Source: a virus (Duplodnaviria; Caudoviricetes). Taken from it: a stretch of DNA of 28,085 nucleotides. Positions within the stretch are counted from its first letter, which is position 1; each line of letters opens with the position of its first letter. Position numbers and translations under genes: made by a program. The DNA lies in IMG/VR virus record IMGVR_UViG_3300033564_000120, positions 1 through 28,085 of that record; one strand, written 5' to 3'. The notes beneath the pieces were generated by a model. It made no database searches, had not been told where the DNA came from, and worked only from the letters and a program-made list of their open reading frames with translations. Positions 7,713 through 15,926 of the stretch are shown here, one piece after another.

Positions 7713-7850
7713 TTACTTTACCTTCACATAATATCCTTTATCTTTGTACTTCTCTGCCATGCTTATAGCGAATCTCCAGCTCGGCTTTTTGAATAAAAGA
7801 ATCTCTTTCCCATTCACTTTCTTTGCAACCCAATACTCGATCTTTTTCAT
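7713..7850 (-). CDS. small basic hypothetical protein (45 aa)
   Basis: MKKIEYWVAKKVNGKEILLFKKPSWRFAISMAEKYKDKGYYVKVK; ATGA overlap with the methyltransferase stop. Confidence 0.6.
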   Translation of the reverse strand: MKKIEYWVAKKVNGKEILLFKKPSWRFAISMAEKYKDKGYYVKVK

Positions 7851-9040
7851 AAGATTTGTTTTAGTATGTGTTCAATTACTTTACAATTGAAAGCATTGCC
7901 GCACATTTTATATCTTTGTGTGTTTGATATTGGTTTACCTTTATAAATTGCCTTGTCAAAATATTGGTCTGGCATTGATTGTAACCTCAAACATTCTGTT
8001 GGGGTTAGTTTTCGGATTTGTGTATCTACTGCAACCATACTATCACCCTGAACAGAAGTCATTGCATTTGCTTTCTCATCTGAACGTACTTCAATTTGTT
8101 TAACTCTTTCTTGACCTTCTATTTTAGTTCTAGGATATGTTCTGCTGGCTACACCAACTGCATACAACCCAGTCTTTGCACCCCTACCACCACCATTTGC
8201 TGATAGTGCTACAGACTTACCCTCTTGTGAGTATATTCTATCGCCTTGACCTCCTGAGTTGAATGAGCCAATTCTTTGTGGAACTAATTGTCTTGTCCCT
8301 TTCTCAATATAATGTTCAACACTTGTTCCTTTATGATAGTTTGCATCAATGCACAAGGATTTGTCTCTCATTTTAATTGTCGGGTTTGTTCCACCGACTA
8401 ATAATGTATTAGCTTTGTTTTTGTCTGCATCCTGTGGTCTATTTGATACAAGTGTGTTTTTCCTTTCATTTTTTACAAAATACTTCTCATCAACATCACT
8501 CTCTAAAATATCTTTCAACAAAATTCCTCTATCCTCTGGTTGTTGTATTTCCACCTGCTCATACTTCTCGCCATTCCATTTTCCAACCCAGAATAGCCTT
8601 TTACGATTTTGAGCCGACACAAGACTTGCATTTATCATTACAGGTTGAACTCCTAGTGCTTCAGAGATAGTGTCCTTAGCTTCCTTTGGCATACTTGCTA
8701 CATTCTCTAAGATAAAGTATTTAGGTTTCACCTCATCTCGGATTCGTACATACTCCCAAAATAGTCCTGACCGAGAACCTGATAGACCCTCTCTACCTTT
8801 CTTGGCAATTGATAGGTCTTGGCAAGGTGAGCCACCAATCAATAAATCCATTGGTTCTAAATCATCTACGATTACACCAACAACACTACCCATTTGAAAT
8901 GTATCAGGAAAATTACTTTGTGTAACTGCCATAGCATACTCATCTATTTCGCTTGCATAATAAACTTCTACATCTGCACCTATGTTTTTAAGTGCTTGTT
9001 GTGCTACGCTCATTCCATCAAATAATGATAATATTTTCAT
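7847..9040 (-). CDS. DNA (cytosine-5)-methyltransferase, orphan
   Basis: MKILSLFDG (motif I), GGSPCQD (IV), ENV (VI), QNRKR (VIII), RKLTPTECLRLQ (IX), GNA (X); start reassigned to 9040. Confidence 0.95.
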   Translation of the reverse strand: MKILSLFDGMSVAQQALKNIGADVEVYYASEIDEYAMAVTQSNFPDTFQMGSVVGVIVDDLEPMDLLIGGSPCQDLSIAKKGREGLSGSRSGLFWEYVRIRDEVKPKYFILENVASMPKEAKDTISEALGVQPVMINASLVSAQNRKRLFWVGKWNGEKYEQVEIQQPEDRGILLKDILESDVDEKYFVKNERKNTLVSNRPQDADKNKANTLLVGGTNPTIKMRDKSLCIDANYHKGTSVEHYIEKGTRQLVPQRIGSFNSGGQGDRIYSQEGKSVALSANGGGRGAKTGLYAVGVASRTYPRTKIEGQERVKQIEVRSDEKANAMTSVQGDSMVAVDTQIRKLTPTECLRLQSMPDQYFDKAIYKGKPISNTQRYKMCGNAFNCKVIEHILKQIL

Positions 9041-9189
9041 AAGATCCAAGTTATTAATTCCCATAATACAAACGCTCCAAAGGCTATAAAGAATAGATGA
9101 GGGATAACTCCAACCAATCCCCATGCTCCATAAATCATAAGCCCTGTTATTAATGTTCCTAAAGTGAGTCCGATTATCTTTTCTGACAT
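9037..9189 (-). CDS. small two-TM membrane protein (50 aa)
   Basis: MSEKIIGLTLGTLITGLMIYGAWGLVGVIPHLFFIAFGAFVLWELITWIL; fills the gap between YopX and the methyltransferase exactly. Confidence 0.7.
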   Translation of the reverse strand: MSEKIIGLTLGTLITGLMIYGAWGLVGVIPHLFFIAFGAFVLWELITWIL

Positions 9190-9190
9190 A

Positions 9191-9466
9191 TTATTTTATT
9201 AGTTCAGGATTTTCATAAATGTTGCCAATAATAATACAGTGGGATAAACCACTTCTAAAGATAGGGCCATCTAAAACCATTACATCACCCTCATAAATCT
9301 CCTTTCCATTTTTGTCTTTTAATCCTGTGTATTGTTGTAAATCAAATTCTTTTTTAAGTGGTGATACTCCAAAAGTATAGTAAAATCCACCGATCTCGTT
9401 CATCTCTTTTTGCGACCAATATCTTTTCTCTGATTTATCCCAAGCCCTAAATTTTATTTCTCGCAT
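9191..9466 (-). CDS. YopX family protein
   Basis: MREIKFRAWDK, QYTGLKDKNGKEIYEGD, IIGNIYENPELI. Confidence 0.95.
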   Translation of the reverse strand: MREIKFRAWDKSEKRYWSQKEMNEIGGFYYTFGVSPLKKEFDLQQYTGLKDKNGKEIYEGDVMVLDGPIFRSGLSHCIIIGNIYENPELIK

Positions 9467-9804
9467 ATTATTTTTATTAAATCTTCTAAATCACCATTCC
9501 ATTTATCTGTGCCAAAGGTTTTTAGATTGTCTTCACATCTTTGCTGTGCCCAGTTTACTATCTCCTCCCTCTGCTGTGTTATTTTTTGGTCTATGAAGGA
9601 TTCAACTTTTTCCCAATCAACATCTTGCTCATCAAGGAATCCATCGTTCCAAGTTTCTAACTCTTTTTTCTCATCAAATTCTTCTTCCCATTTTTTGTTA
9701 ATCTTGTTTATAAGCTCTTCCTCTCCAATTACTTCTAACTTAGCTATGTAGCTTTCAATTAGGTCTTTTTCATTATCGTATTCTGATATTTTTTTATTAT
9801 TCAT
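9454..9804 (-). CDS. acidic hypothetical protein
   Basis: ORF track; operon packing. Confidence 0.7.
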   Translation of the reverse strand: MNNKKISEYDNEKDLIESYIAKLEVIGEEELINKINKKWEEEFDEKKELETWNDGFLDEQDVDWEKVESFIDQKITQQREEIVNWAQQRCEDNLKTFGTDKWNGDLEDLIKIICEK

Positions 9805-9822
9805 AGTTTTTACTGGTTACTC

Positions 9823-10011
9823 CTAGTAAGGTCTACTAATAATTAATACGGCACTATTCCAAGCCAATATTTCTATATCGCCTTTTGTTAAGTTTAATTC
9901 ATTCTCTTTATTGTCAAAAGAAATTTGTTTCTTGATTACAGCGTATAAACCATCAAATCTTTTCTTATTAAATTCGTCTAGTTGTTTTTTGTTAAATCTT
10001 GGGTATTTCAT
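9823..10011 (-). CDS. hypothetical protein
   Basis: ORF track; operon packing. Confidence 0.65.
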   Translation of the reverse strand: MKYPRFNKKQLDEFNKKRFDGLYAVIKKQISFDNKENELNLTKGDIEILAWNSAVLIISRPY

Positions 10012-10020
10012 TTTATTTTA

Positions 10021-10662
10021 CTATTTTATAATCGCCTTGTAAGTTTTATCTCCAATTGTAACCGAAACCTCTTGCCCTGATAAGCTTTTTTCTTCTTCAA
10101 TCGGTGTGATTTCATAATCTCCTAACACATACTGATTTTTCCAAAAATCTGAACCTGTTTGTTTTGTAATATCAGTAATCTTTCCTGAATCATCTCCTCC
10201 AATAAATTCACCTTTTGTAAAGTTTGCTTTTGCAGACACCATAGCGTCACCATACACCCAAGCGTTACCATACACCCTAGCGTCACCATACACCCTAGCG
10301 TTACCATACACCCTAGCGTCATCATATAACCTAGCATTACCACACACCCCAGCATTACCATATACCCAAGCGCTACCCGACACCCCAGCATTACCATACA
10401 CCCAAGCATTACCATACACCCTAGCGTCACCATACACCCTAGCGTTACCATACACCCAAGCGTTACCACACACCCTAGCGTCACCATACACCCAAGCGTT
10501 ACCACACACCCAAGCATTACCTTCTTGTGATAAGTTTTCTTCCTTTTCTATATATCCTCCCAAATCTCCCTTTGAGACTGAACCAAAGGATATTTTTGCC
10601 TTAATTTGAAATAATGTTGTACCAAAGCATTTTTTTGTATTTTTTGTTAATGAGTATTTCAT
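10021..10662 (-). CDS. phage hexapeptide-repeat (left-handed beta-helix-like) protein
   Basis: LFQIKAKISFG.V.KGDLGGYIEKEENLSQ followed by about 16 G[ND]A[RWG]V[YC] repeats. Confidence 0.85.
   Translation of the reverse strand: MKYSLTKNTKKCFGTTLFQIKAKISFGSVSKGDLGGYIEKEENLSQEGNAWVCGNAWVYGDARVCGNAWVYGNARVYGDARVYGNAWVYGNAGVSGSAWVYGNAGVCGNARLYDDARVYGNARVYGDARVYGNAWVYGDAMVSAKANFTKGEFIGGDDSGKITDITKQTGSDFWKNQYVLGDYEITPIEEEKSLSGQEVSVTIGDKTYKAIIK
10238..10520. repeat. 18-bp coding tandem repeat
   Basis: Unit close to AGCGTTACCATACACCCT/A, about 16 degenerate copies. Confidence 0.9.
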
Positions 10663-10699
10663 AGTTTATTTTGTTAACTGGTTAATTTTTGTAACCGAT

Positions 10700-10800
10700 T
10701 GAGAAGTGCTGGTGGGGAGTCTCGGGACATTCATCATGGTTTTCACTAGTGGTATACGCCATAACTATATACAGTCCTATTCCCCCATCAGCACTTCTCA
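10700..10800. repeat. long intergenic inverted repeat
   Basis: TGAGAAGTGCTGGTGGGG (10700-10717) vs CCCCATCAGCACTTCTCA (10783-10800), 17/18 complementary. Confidence 0.8.
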
Positions 10801-10806
10801 TTACTT

Positions 10807-11022
10807 TTACTTTGAAAAATAAATTAATAATTGTGATCCTAATCCTTCTGCCAATTGGTGTAATATTTTGATCCCAGGATTTCTTCGACCACGCTCTATG
10901 TCACAGATAACTGATTGACATAACCCTGACTTTAGAGCTAACTCTTCTTGGGACATATGTCTTTGTGTTCTTAGCTCAGTTAATTGTAATCCAAGATCTT
11001 TTCTCAATATTTCCATTTTCAT
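10807..11022 (-). CDS. XRE/Cro-CI family HTH regulator
   Basis: LTELRTQRHMSQEELALKSGLCQSVICDIERGRRNP; start 11022 chosen because an upstream ORF ends at 11033. Confidence 0.9.
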   Translation of the reverse strand: MKMEILRKDLGLQLTELRTQRHMSQEELALKSGLCQSVICDIERGRRNPGIKILHQLAEGLGSQLLIYFSK

Positions 11023-11032
11023 AATGTTTGAA

Positions 11033-11212
11033 TTAAATTGATAATACTTTGTACTCCATCCATCGCCCACATCTATTTTCACATTCATAAACTTCTACCT
11101 CAACTCCATCCCTGCTCACATCAGTTCTGATGAGATTCGTTGTCTGTAAATCATACTCCCTATCATCAAAATTCTCATTTCTTCTTATTAACTCGTCTTT
11201 GATATTGCTCAT
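11033..11212 (-). CDS. hypothetical protein (59 aa)
   Basis: MSNIKDELIRRNENFDDREYDLQTTNLIRTDVSRDGVEVEVYECENRCGRWMEYKVLSI; just below the ORF-track cutoff. Confidence 0.6.
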   Translation of the reverse strand: MSNIKDELIRRNENFDDREYDLQTTNLIRTDVSRDGVEVEVYECENRCGRWMEYKVLSI

Positions 11213-11396
11213 ATTGTTTTTTATAATTATTTATCCTAATAAAGGCATTCTCTGTAATTGGCATATAACCTATAACCAATCCATCTGCTTCTAGAAACCT
11301 GCACTCATCTTTCTTTATCCCGATGTAACTTATAATATTCATAACTTCGTGCTTGTTCCTTCTAACTCTCCTTGATGTAACATAAGGACTAATCAT
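11175..11396 (-). CDS. hypothetical protein
   Basis: ORF track; starts 1 nt after the initiator stop. Confidence 0.65.
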   Translation of the reverse strand: MISPYVTSRRVRRNKHEVMNIISYIGIKKDECRFLEADGLVIGYMPITENAFIRINNYKKQYEQYQRRVNKKK

Positions 11397-11397
11397 A

Positions 11398-12369
11398 TTA
11401 TTTGTTTACAAACTTAGCAAATCCGTTCTTTTGGTTCAAAAAATCAAAGAAAGACATTCTGTGTAAGTAATAACCCTTCTGATCTGGTATCCTGTTCATA
11501 ATTTCTTTACAATATTCCTTGATTGCATACTGCCAAGTGTCTATATCAGGATACTTTTTGACTGTTTTACCAACAACTGAGATCAGATCTGGTGTCATCC
11601 TCCTAATTGGTGGTAACATCTCATTTTTAGCACTAGGATTTGGACAACTCTTGATTCCTGTCGACTTCAAGTCTGGATAAGACTCCCATATGCCCGTATA
11701 AGGCTCAAAATTGACCTGTATTGAACGTTTAGGTGCAACCTTAGGCTTTGACTCATTTTGATACTTTTCTCTCTCCTGCTTCATTTTAGAGCGTGATACG
11801 GTATCTCCCCATTGATCTACCACTTTGAAGTTGTGTGAGTCGTCACTATCGTAACCATAATCTATGAACTCCCACCCTGCTGGTAAAGGGAAACCAATAA
11901 GAGGATTTATTTCTAAATTGGTATCTAAGTTGGTATCTAAAATGTTATCTCCTTCGCTTTCATTTTTTAATGAAAGCTTAAGGGTATTCTCTGTTGTATT
12001 CTCTGTAATAGAATGTTTGGCGTTTTCCGCCATCACAGTATGGCGTTTTCCGCCAACGTTGTCTGCCAAAATTATTCCTAAATCTTCATAAATTTGATCC
12101 CATTTAACTTGGTAGAAACCCTTTCCTGGAATTCCTCTCAACTCATAATTGAAATATTTATAAGCTGATTTTCTTGCTGATTCTAATTCTCTCCTTGTTA
12201 AACCAGTTTCTTTTTCCCACTGTTCGTGTGTTTTCCAGAACCATTTGTCCTCTAAAGTCGTTCGGTATGACCAGTAACACGCTTGCGATAAAAATAAAGC
12301 ACCATTAATTGACCCTGTTAATTCAACAAATTCTCTGTTAAAAGCTATTGGCTTATCGAATAATCTCAT
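11398..12369 (-). CDS. phage replication initiator (lambda O-like, N-terminal winged helix)
   Basis: IAFNREFVELTGSINGALFLSQACYW...WFWKTHEQWEKETGLTRRE; internal iterons; TENTTENT linker. Confidence 0.8.
   Translation of the reverse strand: MRLFDKPIAFNREFVELTGSINGALFLSQACYWSYRTTLEDKWFWKTHEQWEKETGLTRRELESARKSAYKYFNYELRGIPGKGFYQVKWDQIYEDLGIILADNVGGKRHTVMAENAKHSITENTTENTLKLSLKNESEGDNILDTNLDTNLEINPLIGFPLPAGWEFIDYGYDSDDSHNFKVVDQWGDTVSRSKMKQEREKYQNESKPKVAPKRSIQVNFEPYTGIWESYPDLKSTGIKSCPNPSAKNEMLPPIRRMTPDLISVVGKTVKKYPDIDTWQYAIKEYCKEIMNRIPDQKGYYLHRMSFFDFLNQKNGFAKFVNK
12018..12055. repeat. iterons of a probable replication origin
   Basis: TGGCGTTTTCCGCCA twice (12018, 12041), each quasi-palindromic, inside the initiator gene. 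Confidence 0.7.
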
Positions 12370-12432
12370 AATAATTTAATTAACTGATAATATTCTATTA
12401 TCTCACATCGACTCAATCCACGCACCTCAACC

Positions 12433-12452
12433 TGTGGATAACCTGTGGATAA
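12433..12452. promoter_or_regulatory. two tandem consensus DnaA boxes
   Basis: TGTGGATAA (reverse complement TTATCCACA) at 12433 and 12444. Confidence 0.75.
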
Positions 12453-12501
12453 TGCTCTGGGAACTCAGGCAGAGCTCCCAGAACACTACCCGCAAGTAGT
12501 G

Positions 12502-12519
12502 TTTCGCCAGCGAAACTAT
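12502..12519. promoter_or_regulatory. palindromic operator-like element, copy 1
   Basis: TTTCGC-CA-GCGAAA-CTAT, identical to 15909-15926. Confidence 0.6.
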
Positions 12520-12639
12520 CTATAAAGACCTATTCCCAAATAACATAAGTATTATGATAATTCCAAGCAAACTTCCAATAGGTCCAGCAATAACACCTCC
12601 TATCACTGCACCCGCGCCCAATAAAAATAGCCCGAACAT
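12520..12639 (-). CDS. glycine-zipper membrane peptide (39 aa)
   Basis: MFGLFLLGAGAVIGGVIAGPIGSLLGIIIILMLFGNRSL; TAATG overlap with the SSB stop. Confidence 0.6.
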   Translation of the reverse strand: MFGLFLLGAGAVIGGVIAGPIGSLLGIIIILMLFGNRSL

Positions 12640-13208
12640 TAGATAAGTGGATCACCGTTAGATTCTGGATATTCCAATTCTTGTGATTCTTCAATCTTTC
12701 CACTCTGTTTATCCATAATCTTCTGAACAATTTCTTCAATAGGTGTCTTTTCTTCTAGTTGTTTTTGTTCAAATTCTGTTAATGACGCGTTAGTCCTAGA
12801 AGGTGTGATTGAATATCTGTCGCCGCCTTCTCCTGTGTTGTGGATAGTAATGTCGTATGGCATAGGCATTTCGTCCCAAGTATACTCATCATCTTTCTTC
12901 AAGTTAGCTACTTTCGCTATAATACTGATAGGAAAAGTAACTATTTTCATCTGATCGACATCACCTCTAACAATAACCCAAGCCCAACCTGCTGTCTTTA
13001 CACTTTGACCGTCTTTGATCTTCTGTCCTTTTTGTAACAGTCCAAGTGGTTTAGAGTTAGGATATTCGCCCTCCCAAACATTCTTTACTTTGTGAAAGTC
13101 TGTTAAGATTCTAACTTTGACATCCCCAACTGGTAATTTAAAGAAATCACTTTCCTTTGATGTAACCACTTCATCATCCCCCCAATTATCTAAATTAAAT
13201 GTTGACAT
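12639..13208 (-). CDS. probable phage ssDNA-binding protein
   Basis: FFKL..GD.KVRIL, YDITI...GEG..RYSI.P, acidic C-terminal tail; close to the nuclease gene. Confidence 0.65.
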   Translation of the reverse strand: MSTFNLDNWGDDEVVTSKESDFFKLPVGDVKVRILTDFHKVKNVWEGEYPNSKPLGLLQKGQKIKDGQSVKTAGWAWVIVRGDVDQMKIVTFPISIIAKVANLKKDDEYTWDEMPMPYDITIHNTGEGGDRYSITPSRTNASLTEFEQKQLEEKTPIEEIVQKIMDKQSGKIEESQELEYPESNGDPLI

Positions 13209-13209
13209 A

Positions 13210-13479
13210 TTATTTTCTTATTATTTTTTTAATCGCTTTAACCCTCTCTGGCTCGCCTTTGATAATCTGCATAGGTTTCGCTGGTATAACCTTGAAATCT
13301 ACTTTTAAGTAATCAATCAGCGCGCCCAACCTCTTTTCTAAAAGATATACAGTACTTTCTAACTCTTGCTCTTTGGCTATCTTTCCACTTAACTTTTCTT
13401 TCAGCATCTTGATCTCAAAATGATTGTTCAAAACCTTTACAATCATTGCACTCATCACTTCTTTGTCGCGTTTTCGCAT
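13210..13479 (-). CDS. hypothetical coiled-coil protein
   Basis: ORF track. Confidence 0.65.
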   Translation of the reverse strand: MRKRDKEVMSAMIVKVLNNHFEIKMLKEKLSGKIAKEQELESTVYLLEKRLGALIDYLKVDFKVIPAKPMQIIKGEPERVKAIKKIIRK

Positions 13480-13513
13480 AATTTTTATTTTATTAACCCT
13501 AATATTCTTAATA

Positions 13514-14386
13514 TTATTTCCATGTTGTGTATCCCCTTGTTAGCTCGTTAATAATAGCTACCTCCGCGTCTGTGTATCCTGCTGTTACTCCTTGCTTCTT
13601 TAAGATAAGGTCTTTCCAATTTGAGTATTGTATTTTCCAGCTGTCCGCGTCCCCTATAACCTTGTGGCCATTTCTAGCTTTCCCAATATCTCCTTTTGAA
13701 ACCTTGTCCCATACAATGTCTTTGACTGGAATCTTATAACGGACATCAATTTCTGGCTCTATGTCCTTTTGAATATAATTCTCAAAGACATTTTTCCAGC
13801 GTTTATATTCGACATCAAGGTCAATTTCCACCTTGCCACACTTATAAACTTTGTCTTTGATAAGCTTGCATTCAAACCAGTAAGTATTTAACCCGTCTAT
13901 ACTTGAAACAAACAAGTAACCAGTATCCACGCCCAAACTATCCATATAGATAGATAACTGCGCGACATAGTTTTCTCTTGGTTCTCCATTGTCATAATTC
14001 TTAATGTCAAAAGCATTTTTGTTGTTAATAGATTTTATCTCTATTGGACAACCAGCCTTTAACCCGAAACTATTAACCTTGTCGCCAGTTGTCATCGCGT
14101 CTATATATCCGTGAATAGTAACTCCTTGTCTAACAAAATCCACGCGCCCATTTTCTTCTTGGATATACTCTTGGCCTGTAATCCCATTCTCTTTAAGTAT
14201 GTCTAACATTGCCATTTCTACGCCTTTCCCTGCTCCCCATTTAAGAGTTTCAAACCACTCTGGCGGATTAGTGTATGGTGTTGATTTAAAACTGTGATAA
14301 AGCTCAAAATCAAACTTCCCATAATCTGAGCAGTAAAAAGCTGTTTTTTCCTTTTGATTGCTTTTGTATTTTAATAATTTAATCAT
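13514..14386 (-). CDS. PD-(D/E)XK (Cas4/RecB-like) exonuclease
   Basis: IHGYID...IEIKS...QLSIYM; start 14386 lies 9 nt after TGCTATAAT and avoids overlap with the upstream HTH gene. Confidence 0.75.
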   Translation of the reverse strand: MIKLLKYKSNQKEKTAFYCSDYGKFDFELYHSFKSTPYTNPPEWFETLKWGAGKGVEMAMLDILKENGITGQEYIQEENGRVDFVRQGVTIHGYIDAMTTGDKVNSFGLKAGCPIEIKSINNKNAFDIKNYDNGEPRENYVAQLSIYMDSLGVDTGYLFVSSIDGLNTYWFECKLIKDKVYKCGKVEIDLDVEYKRWKNVFENYIQKDIEPEIDVRYKIPVKDIVWDKVSKGDIGKARNGHKVIGDADSWKIQYSNWKDLILKKQGVTAGYTDAEVAIINELTRGYTTWK

Positions 14387-14396
14387 AATTGTTTTA

Positions 14397-14591
14397 TTAT
14401 AGCATTGTCGGTCGCCCTCTTTTAATCTTTGGCACTTCATATCCGTAAAATTTCAGTTTACTAACCCACCTCGCGATTGAAAGTTTAGTAACTCCAAACT
14501 TCGCGCCTATCTGCTCATAAGTATAACCCTCCTCTAACAATGGCGGGATAGATAATATTTCATCCCTTGTTAGTCTTTTGCTTCTTGACAT
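14397..14591 (-). CDS. small HTH DNA-binding protein
   Basis: LLEEGYTYEQIGAKFGVTKLSIARWV, with a C-terminal RGRP. Confidence 0.8.
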   Translation of the reverse strand: MSRSKRLTRDEILSIPPLLEEGYTYEQIGAKFGVTKLSIARWVSKLKFYGYEVPKIKRGRPTML

Positions 14592-14595
14592 AAAT

Positions 14596-14748
14596 TTAAT
14601 TTAAAATATCAATATCCGTTGCTTCATTGACGCTGATAATAGGAAATTGAAAATTATCTTGGTATCGTTCAATAGCTGTTAAGATATTTTTTTCAATAAC
14701 AATAACCTCTCCCGTTCCAATTTCTTTTCTATATAATATTTTCCACAT
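14596..14748 (-). CDS. hypothetical protein (50 aa)
   Basis: MWKILYRKEIGTGEVIVIEKNILTAIERYQDNFQFPIISVNEATDIDILN. Confidence 0.55.
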   Translation of the reverse strand: MWKILYRKEIGTGEVIVIEKNILTAIERYQDNFQFPIISVNEATDIDILN

Positions 14749-14877
14749 ATATTTTTTATTGTTAATTTTAATAATGTCGACCGTGATTTAATATAGCACA
14801 AATGCTATCTAAAATCAATCACTTTCCCGCTTCTCTTTCCCGTTGTTACTATCTTTTCGAATATTATTCTAATCATA

Positions 14878-15069
14878 TTATTTTGTTATCTCTCCATTTG
14901 TAAACACTGCTATTTTTTCGCCTTTGTTATTGATATAAGTTAATATATCGTTGTTTTCATCTGCTAAATCGCCTATTAACTCAAAATCTTGGATATCATT
15001 TGCCTTGATATGGTTAAATTGTTGCATTGATAGGCCTTTATACTTGTTAAGTTGATCTGATATGTGCAT
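14878..15069 (-). CDS. early hypothetical protein
   Basis: ORF track. Confidence 0.65.
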   Translation of the reverse strand: MHISDQLNKYKGLSMQQFNHIKANDIQDFELIGDLADENNDILTYINNKGEKIAVFTNGEITK

Positions 15070-15141
15070 ATATTTTTGCTGTGAGTTGGTTAACTCTCAC
15101 AATAGCAAGCACAATTTATAATTATGCTTGATATGTGGTCG

Positions 15142-15402
15142 CTAGTCCATTGCACAATAGGTATGCACCGCTAAATTAAATTTATCGTTGAGGATTCTCC
15201 TGATATCTGAAAAATTTAAGTCCTCTTGCAATTCATAACTGTTAAAAATTTGCTCTAAAAATAACTTGGCTTGTTTTATGCCTCTTATTTTAGTAGTGTA
15301 TGCACTTGTGTCATTGTATACATCTTTCAAATCTCTAAAATAAATATAAGGTTTTTTTTCGTTCCATTGCCTAAATTCTATCCAAACATTTTGGTTTTTC
15401 AT
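15142..15402 (-). CDS. early hypothetical protein
   Basis: ORF track. Confidence 0.7.
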   Translation of the reverse strand: MKNQNVWIEFRQWNEKKPYIYFRDLKDVYNDTSAYTTKIRGIKQAKLFLEQIFNSYELQEDLNFSDIRRILNDKFNLAVHTYCAMD

Positions 15403-15403
15403 A

Positions 15404-15646
15404 TTATTCTAGGTTAAAAATTCTTTTAATATTCTCGCTTGCTCTTATGATGTTTGCTTTAAATGGTGAGTCATTGAAAAAACTATCGTCTAAAAGTCTT
15501 TTAATTTTTGCGTGATAATAAATTCTATCACTTTCAATTTCATCATTTGTAACTTCGTGGACTATTCCACCGCCTTGTAATTCGCTTGAAAATACGACAT
15601 TACGTTCTTTTTGCTCTTGTTCCAAATCTTTATATATTTTTTTCAT
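15404..15646 (-). CDS. early hypothetical protein
   Basis: ORF track. Confidence 0.7.
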   Translation of the reverse strand: MKKIYKDLEQEQKERNVVFSSELQGGGIVHEVTNDEIESDRIYYHAKIKRLLDDSFFNDSPFKANIIRASENIKRIFNLE

Positions 15647-15647
15647 A

Positions 15648-15788
15648 TTATTCTTTTATAACTGCTAAATATCTAAACGCTGTTTTTAATAATTCTTTTC
15701 GTGTATAACCTTTAATTAAAAACTTTCTATTATTTATGTTAATAATTACTTCCTGTAATCCTGTTAACTTGTTTTTATATATATTCAT
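15648..15788 (-). CDS. early hypothetical protein (46 aa)
   Basis: MNIYKNKLTGLQEVIININNRKFLIKGYTRKELLKTAFRYLAVIKE; 1-nt gap to the next gene. Confidence 0.55.
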   Translation of the reverse strand: MNIYKNKLTGLQEVIININNRKFLIKGYTRKELLKTAFRYLAVIKE

Positions 15789-15829
15789 AATGTTTTTATA
15801 GCTTTTGTTATGTAATTGCTATATGATTA

Positions 15830-15857
15830 AATATATCATATTATATACCTATTGCAA
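15830..15857 (-). promoter_or_regulatory. leftward early promoter
   Basis: Minus strand TTGCAA-16 nt-TATATT with a TG extension. Confidence 0.5.
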
Positions 15858-15875
15858 GCAGTTATTGATTAAACC

Positions 15876-15926
15876 TGTGGATAACTCAAAAGATATACAA
15901 TAATTTGCTTTCGCCAGCGAAACTAT
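15876..15926. promoter_or_regulatory. DnaA box plus palindromic operator-like element, copy 2
   Basis: TGTGGATAA at 15876; TTTCGCCAGCGAAACTAT at 15909. Confidence 0.6.

Noticed and set aside
9041-9124. N-terminal extension of the methyltransferase in the ORF track
   Set aside because: Motif I begins at 9040, and the region is better explained by the 9037-9189 membrane ORF
10122-10517. MVTLGC-repeat ORF, or a CRISPR array
   Set aside because: Alternative frame of the 18-bp coding repeat; there are no unique spacers
10711-10786. tRNA on the minus strand ending CCCCACCA
   Set aside because: No TTC T-loop or cloverleaf; the acceptor-like pairing is part of a longer hairpin
12530-12739. 69-aa minus-strand ORF from the track
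   Set aside because: Overlaps SSB by about 100 nt; the coupled 12520-12639 ORF fits better
13514-14386. CRISPR-Cas system suggested by the Cas4-like nuclease
   Set aside because: No array or other cas genes; its position near SSB fits phage recombination
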